From Desulfobulbaceae bacterium (GTDB lineage Bacteria; Desulfobacterota; Desulfobulbia; Desulfobulbales; SURF-16): a DNA stretch of 64,000 bases. Each line of letters starts with the position of its first letter. Positions within the stretch are counted from its first letter, which is position 1. Location: positions 4,210-68,209 of the forward strand of contig JAHLLM010000005.1 in the NCBI GenBank assembly GCA_020444175.1, read 5' to 3'. The position numbers and the translations under genes were made by a program. This document shows positions 26,496 through 35,007 of this stretch, piece by piece. The notes beneath the pieces are model-generated. The model saw nothing but the letters and a program-made list of their open reading frames with translations. It was not told the DNA's origin and ran no database searches.

Positions 26496-27332
26496 GTGAA
26501 GCATATCGGAGAAGAACATAGGGGGCAGGTGGAAGAAACTCTTCTGTATTTACGGGAAAAGCTTTCAGTATTACCGGAAATAATTCTTGTGCTAGGTACT
26601 GGACTGGGAAGTCTTGCCACCCATATAGAGGTGGATGCCAGGCTCCCATATGAAGATATCCCTCACTTCCCCCAGTCAACCGTAACCGGTCATAGTGGAA
26701 ATTTGATAGCCGGAAAACTCTGCGGGAAACCGATAGCGGCATTACAGGGGCGCTTTCATTTCTATGAAGGCTATTCGGCAAGGGAGTTGACATTCCCGGT
26801 CAGGGTTCTTTCGCTACTCGGGGCAAAATTTCTCTTTGTATCGAATGCTTCAGGTGGCCTGAATCCTGATTATGCCCCCGGCACCCTGATGGTTATCAGG
26901 GACCACCTTAATTTTATTCCGGACAACCCCCTGCGAGGGCCTAATGAGGATGCGTGGGGCCCGAGATTCCCAGACTGTTCACAGGTCTATGATTCCGATT
27001 GTGTAAATCTGGCAATACAATGCGCCCATAACGAAAATATTGGAGATGTTGTCTCCGGAACCTATGTCGCGGTTCCCGGTCCAAGTCTTGAAACCCCGGC
27101 AGAGACAAGATTCCTGCGTATGTGCGGTGCGGATGCTGTTGGTATGTCAACCGTGCCGGAAGTGCTTGTTGCCGTTCATGCAGGGCTAAAGATTTTTGGT
27201 ATTTCCATGGTTGTTAATGTTAATGATCCTGACAATTTTCAGCCGATTCTCATTGAAGACGTTTTGAGCGAAGTAAAAAAAGCAGAAGACCGTTTTGTTC
27301 GTTTGGTTATGGCCATTCTGAAATTTTTTTAA
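26496..27332 (+). CDS. punA: Purine nucleoside phosphorylase (trimeric PNP-I family)
   Basis: 278 aa, GTG start. Motifs GHSGNLIAGKL.GK.I.ALQGRFHFYEGY, GPRFPD and GADAVGMSTVPE. Confidence 0.85.
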   Translation: MKHIGEEHRGQVEETLLYLREKLSVLPEIILVLGTGLGSLATHIEVDARLPYEDIPHFPQSTVTGHSGNLIAGKLCGKPIAALQGRFHFYEGYSARELTFPVRVLSLLGAKFLFVSNASGGLNPDYAPGTLMVIRDHLNFIPDNPLRGPNEDAWGPRFPDCSQVYDSDCVNLAIQCAHNENIGDVVSGTYVAVPGPSLETPAETRFLRMCGADAVGMSTVPEVLVAVHAGLKIFGISMVVNVNDPDNFQPILIEDVLSEVKKAEDRFVRLVMAILKFF

Positions 27333-27348
27333 AGGAAAGAGTGCAAAG

Positions 27349-29160
27349 ATGGGTATCCGCTGGAGAGCAATTTTAATTGTTTCGGGCATCATTCTTACTC
27401 TTTTGTCTATTTTCCTTTATGTGACGATTGTCCACGAAAGAGAGGTTTGTGAACGCCTTATTGCTGAACGACACCGAATCGCCATGGCGGTTACAAAAAA
27501 TGTACGGGAGCAGACATTTGATGATTATCAAAAGCGCATAGGGAGTATTGCTCGAAACCGCAAAAACATCATTGCTGCTTTTGCAGAACGTGACAGGGAA
27601 AAATTGGAAAAATTCTCTGTGCCCATTTTCAACATCCTGCATAAGGAAAATTCCTATCTTGACGCATTCTTTTTTGTTCTGCCTGATAATCGAAAGTTTT
27701 TTTGTGCCCATTTGCCCGATAATTGTGAAAATGATGTCACGACAGAAAGCCTTCTGGTGCGAGCCGTTAATCAGGACCAGGAAGAGAAATCTGGCTACGA
27801 GGTTGATCGAAGGGGGCTTTTTTACCGTATAGTCAGGCCGGTTTACACTGATGATGAGTTTGTGGGGGTGATGGTTCTGGGGATCAGGGCGGAGCAGCTC
27901 CTTTCCTCTTTGCGTGGGGTAATTGGAAAACATGTTTATCTGGCAGTGAAAGAAGAAGAGCTTCAGAGGGCGGCAATGAAGACAACAGAGACGGTTCCCC
28001 TTGGAAATTACCAAATCATCGGCAGCGAAGACGGCATTCTTAGCTCTGTCTCTGATAAAGAATTTTCTGGAAAGGGTACGCAGCGCGTTGCTGTTGACGG
28101 GAAAACATTCATTTTCTTTTCAAATCTTGTCCTGCCTGACTTTTCCGGTAGAGAGGTCGCCAAAATAATCATGGCCCTTGATGTAACTGACGAAGTCGCC
28201 AGTTTGAAAAAAATTATTTTTTATGCCGTTGCGTTGACTCTATTCCTTCTGCTTGTCTCGTTTTTTGTCCTTCATTTCAGCTTTGGAAAGCTGATTAATA
28301 GAATAATAGTTTTGAATAAATCCCTGGAGGCAAGCAACCTTGATCTGGAAAAAAAGGTCAAAAAGCGAACCGAGAATCTGCAAAAGGAAATAGAGGAGCG
28401 ACAAAAGACACAGCAGCAGTTAAAGATGTCCCTGGCGGAACTTGAGGTCGTAAATGTTGATTTAACCAGGAAAAATTCAGAACTTGATGAGTTTACTTAT
28501 GTGGCCAGTCATGACCTGCAGGAGCCGCTTCGGAAACTTGTATCCTTCAGCGACCTTCTGCGCAAGGATCTTGGCGATGATTTACCCGATCGGGCTGCTA
28601 CGGATTTGAGTTTTATCACGGATGCCTCTTTGCGTATGCAGAATCTCGTTCAGGCCTTGCTTGATTTGTCCCGATCCGGGCGTTTTGAATTGAAAATGGA
28701 AGTTTTTCCCTTGCGGCATTGCGTTGAACAGGCTATTGCAGCGGTTGACCTTCGGGTTAAAGAAACCGGCGCCACCATTGTTATTGATTCTCTTCCTGAT
28801 ATTTATGGTGATGCCGCAATGCTGACCCAGGTTTACCAGAATTTACTTGGAAACGCCCTGAAGTTTGTTTCGGGGAATCATCCGGAAGTTCATATAACCA
28901 TGGACACTGAAAACGGACAGCCTGTGTTTGGCGTTAAGGATAATGGCATAGGCATCAGGCCTGAATATACCCGGCAGATATTTACGCCATTTAAACGTCT
29001 TCACGGGCGGGATGAATATGAAGGGGCAGGCATAGGACTGTCTATATGCAGGAAGATTATAGAGCGCCACGGTGGCGTCCTCTGGGTGGAGTCGGAATAC
29101 GGCAAGGGGACGCATTTTAAATTTACACTGGCGAACAGAGGAGATGAAAGTGCAGAATAA
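27349..29160 (+). CDS. Membrane sensor histidine kinase with a large extracytoplasmic sensor domain
   Basis: Two TM segments flank a ~260-aa periplasmic region, followed by a coiled coil, the H-box ASHDLQEPLRK, and the HATPase_c boxes (NLLGNALKF, DNGIGI, GAGIGLSIC). Confidence 0.88.
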   Translation: MGIRWRAILIVSGIILTLLSIFLYVTIVHEREVCERLIAERHRIAMAVTKNVREQTFDDYQKRIGSIARNRKNIIAAFAERDREKLEKFSVPIFNILHKENSYLDAFFFVLPDNRKFFCAHLPDNCENDVTTESLLVRAVNQDQEEKSGYEVDRRGLFYRIVRPVYTDDEFVGVMVLGIRAEQLLSSLRGVIGKHVYLAVKEEELQRAAMKTTETVPLGNYQIIGSEDGILSSVSDKEFSGKGTQRVAVDGKTFIFFSNLVLPDFSGREVAKIIMALDVTDEVASLKKIIFYAVALTLFLLLVSFFVLHFSFGKLINRIIVLNKSLEASNLDLEKKVKKRTENLQKEIEERQKTQQQLKMSLAELEVVNVDLTRKNSELDEFTYVASHDLQEPLRKLVSFSDLLRKDLGDDLPDRAATDLSFITDASLRMQNLVQALLDLSRSGRFELKMEVFPLRHCVEQAIAAVDLRVKETGATIVIDSLPDIYGDAAMLTQVYQNLLGNALKFVSGNHPEVHITMDTENGQPVFGVKDNGIGIRPEYTRQIFTPFKRLHGRDEYEGAGIGLSICRKIIERHGGVLWVESEYGKGTHFKFTLANRGDESAE

Positions 29161-29614
29161 TATGATCCAGAGAGAGGCTGTTATCCTTCTCGCTGAAGAC
29201 GACCCGGGTGACCAGGAGTTGACCCGAAGAGCCCTTGAAGACAGTAAGCTGCTTAACAGACTCTATATCACCGATGACGGAGAAGAAACCCTTGATTACC
29301 TCTATCGGCGGGGGAAATATGCTGATCCGGCCTTGTCACCCCGGCCAGACCTCCTTCTGCTTGATTTGAATATGCCGAAAATCAGTGGACGTCAAGTGCT
29401 TGAACAGATAACCAATGACCCTGATCTGAAAGATATTACTGTGGTGGTTTTAACCACTTCTCAGCAGGAGACAGACATTGTCAGTTCCTATGAACTCGGC
29501 TGCAAATCTTTTATTACAAAACCTGTGGGGATGGATCAATTCCTGAAGGTGATCCAGACCTTGCAGACTTATTGGTTCCAGATTGTCGTCTTGCCGCCCT
29601 CCCGAACTGAATAA
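29144..29614 (+). CDS. Single-domain response regulator (receiver only)
   Basis: ILLAEDDPGD...LLLLDLNMPK...VVVLTTS...SFITKP. ATG 29144 follows GAGGAG and overlaps the kinase stop; ATG 29162 is the alternative. Confidence 0.88.
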   Translation: MKVQNNMIQREAVILLAEDDPGDQELTRRALEDSKLLNRLYITDDGEETLDYLYRRGKYADPALSPRPDLLLLDLNMPKISGRQVLEQITNDPDLKDITVVVLTTSQQETDIVSSYELGCKSFITKPVGMDQFLKVIQTLQTYWFQIVVLPPSRTE

Positions 29615-29626
29615 GAAGGTATTTCC

Positions 29627-31195
29627 TTGACTGACCTGAGAAAAATATCAATTTTCGCCCTGGATGATGACCAGGGCGACATTGTCCTGTTGTCCAGGTA
29701 TCTGGAAGATATTCCTGGTTGGCAGGTCACCTTTGATTCTGTGTCCAGCTGGAGCGAGGGCCGAACTGCCCTGGTGAGTCGCGAAATTGATGTCATTTTT
29801 CTTGATTATCTGCTGGGGGAGGAAACCGGTTTAACCGTGGTAAGGGCAATACGGGAATCGGGCGATGAGCGACCAGTGATCATTCTAACCGGGCAGGGAG
29901 ATGAGCGTGTTGCCGCAGAAATTACCCGCGCCGGTGCTGATGATTATCTGGTAAAAAGTGAGTTGAGCCCGGATCTGTTACGAAGGTCTATTTCTAACGC
30001 TCTTGCGCAATTTCAGCTGAAAAAGGAAAGGGCCTTACTCCGTGAAGGCTTGCACCAGGCCCAGAAAATGGAGACCATTGGTGCTTTGGCAAGTGGTATT
30101 GCCCATGATTTTAACAATATGCTAACCGCCATGGTTGGGCATGTGGAAATTGCCCGCCTGAAGGATACCGAAAATCTGTGTGAAGATAACCTGTTGAAGA
30201 TCAAGACTGTCTGCCAGCAGATGAGCGATCTCGTACAACGCCTTTTAAGTTTCAGCGGCAAAAGGGCAAATGAAAGAACATTGATTGATTTCAGGCATAT
30301 TATTGAAGAGGCAAAAACGGTTTTATTTCATACACTTCCCAAAAATATTCAGATTGAGTTCTCTCTCGAGGAGATCCCCCTTTTTCTGCATGCCAACAGC
30401 GCCATGCTGCATCAAATTCTTTTGAGCCTCTGTTCTAATGGCGTTGAGGCAATGTCAAAGGGGGGAACCCTTGCCGTCCGGGTCAAAAAAGCTTCAGTTA
30501 ACGAAGAGGTCGCCGCTCTTTCCCCTCCGTTAAAGAGCGGAGAGTATGCTTTGCTGGAAGTCGAGGATACCGGTGCGGGAATTCATGATAAAATAATTAA
30601 TAAAATTTTTGATCCGTTTTTTTCCACCAAGGAGCGAAGTGTTAATAAGGGCACGGGTTTAGGACTGGCAGTCACCTGGCAGAACGTCAAGGAGCATGAT
30701 GGTTTTATATTTGTAGAAAGTGAGGTTGGAAGCGGTTCAATATTTAAGGTATATCTCCCGCTTGCTCAAAAAACGCTTCGCATCCCGGTTCCTTCCCCCG
30801 AGGGTGAAACTGTGGAAAGTGAATACAAACCGAAATCAATTTTATTGATAGACGATGAGGTTATTGTTCGCGAGATCGGTCAGGAAATGCTCCAAAGTCT
30901 GGGATACAGTGTGCTGCTTGCTGACAGCGGCAAGTTGGGCTTAGAGATGTTTTTAAAAAACAGGAATGACATAGGTCTGGTAATTCTTGATATATACCTG
31001 CCGGATTTGGATGGCAGAGAGTGTATTAAGGAGCTGATACGTATAGACGATACCGTAAAGGTGATCTTTGCCTCTGGATACGTTGCGGGCTTTGAGGAAG
31101 AGGATTTGCTTGCGCTTGGAGCAAAGGGGGTTATTCAGAAGCCTTTTGCCATGAAGCAATTAGGGCAACTGTTGAAGAGTCTTTTGAGTCAATAA
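29627..31195 (+). CDS. Hybrid histidine kinase (REC-HisKA-HATPase-REC)
   Basis: N-terminal receiver (FLDYLLG), H-box [10 protein letters not shown], ATPase boxes (EDTGAGI, GTGLGL), and a C-terminal receiver (ILLIDDE...[13 protein letters not shown]). Confidence 0.88.
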   Translation: MTDLRKISIFALDDDQGDIVLLSRYLEDIPGWQVTFDSVSSWSEGRTALVSREIDVIFLDYLLGEETGLTVVRAIRESGDERPVIILTGQGDERVAAEITRAGADDYLVKSELSPDLLRRSISNALAQFQLKKERALLREGLHQAQKMETIGALASGIAHDFNNMLTAMVGHVEIARLKDTENLCEDNLLKIKTVCQQMSDLVQRLLSFSGKRANERTLIDFRHIIEEAKTVLFHTLPKNIQIEFSLEEIPLFLHANSAMLHQILLSLCSNGVEAMSKGGTLAVRVKKASVNEEVAALSPPLKSGEYALLEVEDTGAGIHDKIINKIFDPFFSTKERSVNKGTGLGLAVTWQNVKEHDGFIFVESEVGSGSIFKVYLPLAQKTLRIPVPSPEGETVESEYKPKSILLIDDEVIVREIGQEMLQSLGYSVLLADSGKLGLEMFLKNRNDIGLVILDIYLPDLDGRECIKELIRIDDTVKVIFASGYVAGFEEEDLLALGAKGVIQKPFAMKQLGQLLKSLLSQ

Positions 31196-31278
31196 CCTTT
31201 TTTTCTTTGCGGTCTGTTGCTCTTTGCGTTAGAAAGAGGATATATTTAATATTAATTTCATTTTCTAAGAGGCCCATT

Positions 31279-31476
31279 ATGTTTGGACTTGGAATGCCGG
31301 AACTTATTATCATTCTGGTAATTATTGTCATTATTTTTGGTGCGGGCAAGCTTCCGGAGATAGGTTCCGGTATTGGTAAAGGCATCAAGAATTTTAAAAA
31401 CGCCACAAAAGATGAAGCAGGTCAGAAAAAAATTGATGAAGCTGATGATGAAGCTGATAAGGATAAAGACGCCTGA
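31279..31476 (+). CDS. tatA: Sec-independent (Tat) translocase protein TatA/E, copy 1
   Basis: [40 protein letters not shown], the canonical TatA N-terminus. The ORF-track start at 31207 is unlikely. Confidence 0.85.
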   Translation: MFGLGMPELIIILVIIVIIFGAGKLPEIGSGIGKGIKNFKNATKDEAGQKKIDEADDEADKDKDA

Positions 31477-31555
31477 TGCACCGAGCGTTGTTTTATGTCG
31501 ATTATCATTTTATAATTTTCAGCAGAGCTGGAAAATAAAGGTAGGGAGGTAGCAT

Positions 31556-31786
31556 ATGTTTGGACTGGGAACTCCGGAATTGATCATTATTCTTGGTATA
31601 GCCTTTCTTGTTTTTGGAGGCAAAAAACTCCCCGAGATAGGAGCAGGACTTGGCAAGGGAATCACTTCCTTTAAAAAAGGATTAAAAGATGCTGAAGAAA
31701 GCGTGCCGGGTGTAAAAGAAGTGACAGCTATCAAGGAAGAGGTCGACAAAGTCAAGGAAGTTGGAAAGGTACTGAAAAAAGCCTGA
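31556..31786 (+). CDS. tatA: Sec-independent (Tat) translocase protein TatA/E, copy 2
   Basis: MFGLGTPELIIILGIAFLVFGGKKLPEIGAGLGKGITSFKKG, preceded by GGGAGG. Confidence 0.85.
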   Translation: MFGLGTPELIIILGIAFLVFGGKKLPEIGAGLGKGITSFKKGLKDAEESVPGVKEVTAIKEEVDKVKEVGKVLKKA

Positions 31787-31813
31787 TTCGATTACTCCGA
31801 ACACTATACAGTT

Positions 31814-31866
31814 ACAAAAAAAGAGGGGAGACAGAAATATCTGTTTCCCCTCTTTTTTTGTTTTTT
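31814..31866 (+). terminator. Rho-independent terminator after the second tatA
   Basis: 12-bp stem GAGGGGAGACAG / CTGTTTCCCCTC (1 mismatch), 6-nt loop, long T-run. An A-run upstream could make it bidirectional. Confidence 0.7.
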
Positions 31867-31900
31867 GCCTCTATACAATTCTCAGTAGCCAACCTCTAGA

Positions 31901-31960
31901 CTCCCGCCTCCGCGGGAGTGACGGCGGGCTTGGTTATGTCATTCCCGCGGAGGCGGGAAT
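31901..31960. repeat. Pair of GC-rich REP-like hairpins
   Basis: CTCCCGC-ctcc-GCGGGAG (31901-31918) and ATTCCCGC-ggag-GCGGGAAT (31941-31960), in mutually inverted orientation. Confidence 0.6.
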
Positions 31961-32010
31961 CCAGTATTGGAAACTTGACGACAGGAAAGTGGCAATTTTT
32001 AACTGAAAAT

Positions 32011-32113
32011 TGATGGTTTCGCAAAAAGCTCTCAAGCTGACCATCCGCCAACGCAATATCAACAAGTTACACACGTTCCGGCGGCGGTTGAGAGGGTTTT
32101 TACGAAACCGTCA
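32011..32113. repeat. 103-bp palindromic element, same family as 26369-26486
   Basis: Ends TGATGGTTTCGCAAAAA and TTTTTACGAAACCGTCA are inverted repeats. Core CCGCCAACGCAATATCAACAAGTTACACACGTTCCGGCGGCGG. Confidence 0.7.
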
Positions 32114-32228
32114 AAATTGTTTATAACCATATTTTGTTTTTATTGCTTCATGCCCTTCGTGGTTTAATGAAGTTTCTCGCTTGGTTTCATTGAACTGGTC
32201 AGGGCGAGGAATTTTTCTCGACTGAGGA

Positions 32229-33512
32229 TCAGTCGTCAAAATCACCTGCCGGTCCTTTATCCGTATCAATTTCGGCGGCTTTGGCAATGATTTTTTCTTT
32301 TGTCCACTCAGCAGGATCTTCCATTTTTTCCGCCTTGGGGCCTGGGTCATATGAGTTCGCCTTGATGATGGCATCTATGGCAAGATCTGCTGAATCCCCG
32401 GCGTTAAAGACATTGACAAGCAGGTTGTAGACGAAATCCTCGACACGCTTGCACATTCTTTCTCTGATTGCAGCGGGCTGACCCATGAATTTATTTTCAA
32501 AGATCAGGTTCAGGTTTTTGTAGGATCCTGTTTTCCAGCTTCTTTCATCTGCATAGGCAACCATTGATTGCCACATCTCTTCAGTAACGCCTTCTCCCTT
32601 CACCTTTTGGAAATTTCCGTTATCGTCGAGAATGGCATTGCCATAATCATTCACTTCAAGGCCCCAGGAAATCATCTGCAGGGCTGTGGCTACGTTGGCT
32701 TTGGTCGTTCTGGTTTTCTGGGCAATCTCACGCAGGCGCTCCGAGCTGTTGCCGGACGTGCCGTGCTGGGCTCCGGATACCTTGTAGGGCGACAGGGCTT
32801 CATGTATTTCGGAAGTCAGTTCAACCTGGATACCCTGGCCACTGGCTTCAAGACCATGTGTTGTCCCGTTGTTTAAGGCGATCCAGTTTGGGAAAATATT
32901 AAAGGCATTGAGGCCCTTGATGAGAAAAAGTGCTTCAGGCGCGGCGGAAAGACCCTGGCTTCCCTTAATTTCGCCTATTTCGGTCTCAAGGCCGGCCCAA
33001 TCGGGAATGAACTCGTTGAGTTCAAGGTTGGCAAGCAGGTTCTTGTCATCCGTCATATGGGAGGCATCAATGGCAATGGACGTTATTCCTGCTTCGAAAA
33101 TTGTTGGAATCTCTATCTTGGCAAAGGGGATATCAGACTCTTTTTTTATGCCATAGTGGTCTGCATGGATGGCGACGGGAATGGTGATTTTCAGTTCATT
33201 GCATGCCTGGTCAACCTGGCGGGCAATATTCCAGTAATTTGTCGGGCAATAGGCGTTTGCTCCCCCTTCTGAACGTGCAATTTCAATGATGATAGCAGCA
33301 TTTGCCTTCTGGGCTGCCATGAGTGCGCCTCTGATAACGAAATTATTGCGGCCATTGGCGGCAATGGTCATGGCCTTGCCTTTGGCGGTCAGGGCGAGAT
33401 CAATAAATTTGCCGCTCACCAGAAGGCCGCGGGAGTTGGGAAAAAGTTTTACAATGTTAGGTGGACGTCCGATTTCAAGGGCTTTGTTAAAATCCGTGTC
33501 GCTGACAGTCAT
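32229..33512 (-). CDS. Class II (metal-dependent) fructose/ketose-bisphosphate aldolase family protein, long form
   Basis: 427 aa with IIE..R.E, VAIHADH, IAIDASH, NNGTTHG and GAQHGTSG motifs matching the class II aldolase scaffold. A ~80-aa acidic C-terminal extension is present. Confidence 0.72.
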   Translation of the reverse strand: MTVSDTDFNKALEIGRPPNIVKLFPNSRGLLVSGKFIDLALTAKGKAMTIAANGRNNFVIRGALMAAQKANAAIIIEIARSEGGANAYCPTNYWNIARQVDQACNELKITIPVAIHADHYGIKKESDIPFAKIEIPTIFEAGITSIAIDASHMTDDKNLLANLELNEFIPDWAGLETEIGEIKGSQGLSAAPEALFLIKGLNAFNIFPNWIALNNGTTHGLEASGQGIQVELTSEIHEALSPYKVSGAQHGTSGNSSERLREIAQKTRTTKANVATALQMISWGLEVNDYGNAILDDNGNFQKVKGEGVTEEMWQSMVAYADERSWKTGSYKNLNLIFENKFMGQPAAIRERMCKRVEDFVYNLLVNVFNAGDSADLAIDAIIKANSYDPGPKAEKMEDPAEWTKEKIIAKAAEIDTDKGPAGDFDD

Positions 33513-33596
33513 AATGGTACTCCATAATGTGATCAGGTTTTCGAAAAAAAGTTCAGAACATAGTTTTTGAATTTTACAATATTTCTAACTGGATAG

Positions 33597-33818
33597 TCAT
33601 TGTTTTTTTTGAGAAAAAAATAATTTGTTCCTCAGTTCGGGCATTTTATAGGTATTAATACTTTCACTGTTTGGAAAAATCGGATAAGGATACCCTTCAC
33701 CTGTTTTAACCACGATGGAGTTTTTTTCAGGGATGTGAAGTAAGTTGCCCTTTCCGTCGTTGCTATCATGAACCCACATGGCCAGGATAAAGAAGTGCTG
33801 TTCTTCTTCTTTGTTCAT
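33597..33818 (-). CDS. Possible small protein (73 aa) upstream of the aldolase gene
   Basis: This is the intergenic part of the 138-aa track ORF, from the internal Met (MNKEEEQHFFILAMWVHDSNDGKGNLLHIPEK...). It has a coding-like composition but no clear RBS and no recognised family. Confidence 0.25.
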   Translation of the reverse strand: MNKEEEQHFFILAMWVHDSNDGKGNLLHIPEKNSIVVKTGEGYPYPIFPNSESINTYKMPELRNKLFFSQKKQ

Positions 33819-33852
33819 GTCGTCTTGTGGGCTTTTTGAGTTTGGGTCACCT

Positions 33853-35007
33853 ATGAAAATAGATCCTTTTTTGTTGGAAATTAAAAATATGCTGGCTGCA
33901 AAGGAGGAAAAGTACCTCGGCCCCTTTGCCGAAAGAAGTTCCGATGCCGTAAGGCGGCATCCCGAGAATCTGGAGGGGCACCGTCCTGCCTTTGCCGTGG
34001 ATACAGACCGCATTCTGCACTCCAGGGCATATACCCGCTATATTGACAAGACCCAGGTGTTTTATATGATCAAAAACGATCATATCACTCATCGGGTACT
34101 TCACGTGCAGCTGGTCTCCAAGATCGCCAGGACTATCGGCCGGGTTCTTTCTTTGAATGAGGATCTGATTGAGGCTATTGCACTTGGCCATGATATCGGG
34201 CATCCCCCTTTTGGTCATGATGGTGAAAGGATGCTGGAGTCCCTTTGTCGTGAGCATGGGCTTCCCTCATTTCAGCATAATCTGCAGAGCGTGCGTTTCC
34301 TGGAGCATTTTGAGAAAAAGGGGGCGGGTGTCAATCTGACCCTGCAGACGCTTGACGGCATATTGTGCCATGATGGCGAGGTGCATGATCATCGTCTTGT
34401 GCCGCAACGCATTTCTTCCTTTGCTGATTTTGATAAAAAGGTGATGGCAAAATTTCATAACCCGGATTTCCGCTTGGTGCCCATGACTCTTGAGGGATGT
34501 GTCGTCCGGTTTGCCGATACGGTAAGCTATATCGGCCGGGATATTGAGGATGCCATTGAGCTGGGTTTGATTGAGAGGCAGGATATTCCTGATCTCTGCC
34601 GCAGGAGTCTGGGAGAAACAAATGGCACCATTGTTCATAATCTGGTTACTGACCTGCTGCGAAACAGCAGAGACGGTGCCGTGTCCTTCAGCCCCCGGAT
34701 TTCGGAAGATCTTCTGCAGCTTAAAAAATTCAATTACGAACGAATTTACTTAAATCCCCGCATCAAAAAGGACGTCGAAAAGATAAAAACGTGTTATCGT
34801 GCCCTCTTTTGCGCCTATTTTGACGATTTGCAGACCCATAAGAGTAAAAGTAGTTTTTTTTCAGAGTTTATTTCCAAAATGAAACCGGCATATTTCAATA
34901 ATACCCATCCCGCATCCATAGTTTGTGATTTTATTGCTGGAATGACTGATGACTATTTCCTGAAACAGGCCAGCCTGTTTGGTTGTGACATCCCCCAGAA
35001 ACAATGA
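33853..35007 (+). CDS. dGTP triphosphohydrolase-like HD-domain phosphohydrolase
   Basis: RSAFAVDTDRILHS.AYTRY..KTQVF, the HD motif (HRVLHV...ALGHDIGHPPFGH) and HNLQS. Start taken at ATG 33853. Confidence 0.85.
   Translation: MKIDPFLLEIKNMLAAKEEKYLGPFAERSSDAVRRHPENLEGHRPAFAVDTDRILHSRAYTRYIDKTQVFYMIKNDHITHRVLHVQLVSKIARTIGRVLSLNEDLIEAIALGHDIGHPPFGHDGERMLESLCREHGLPSFQHNLQSVRFLEHFEKKGAGVNLTLQTLDGILCHDGEVHDHRLVPQRISSFADFDKKVMAKFHNPDFRLVPMTLEGCVVRFADTVSYIGRDIEDAIELGLIERQDIPDLCRRSLGETNGTIVHNLVTDLLRNSRDGAVSFSPRISEDLLQLKKFNYERIYLNPRIKKDVEKIKTCYRALFCAYFDDLQTHKSKSSFFSEFISKMKPAYFNNTHPASIVCDFIAGMTDDYFLKQASLFGCDIPQKQ

Noticed and set aside
27373-28014. 213-aa minus-strand ORF antisense to the sensor kinase gene
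   Set aside because: It overlaps a well-supported kinase CDS, and the translation has no recognisable domain or RBS.
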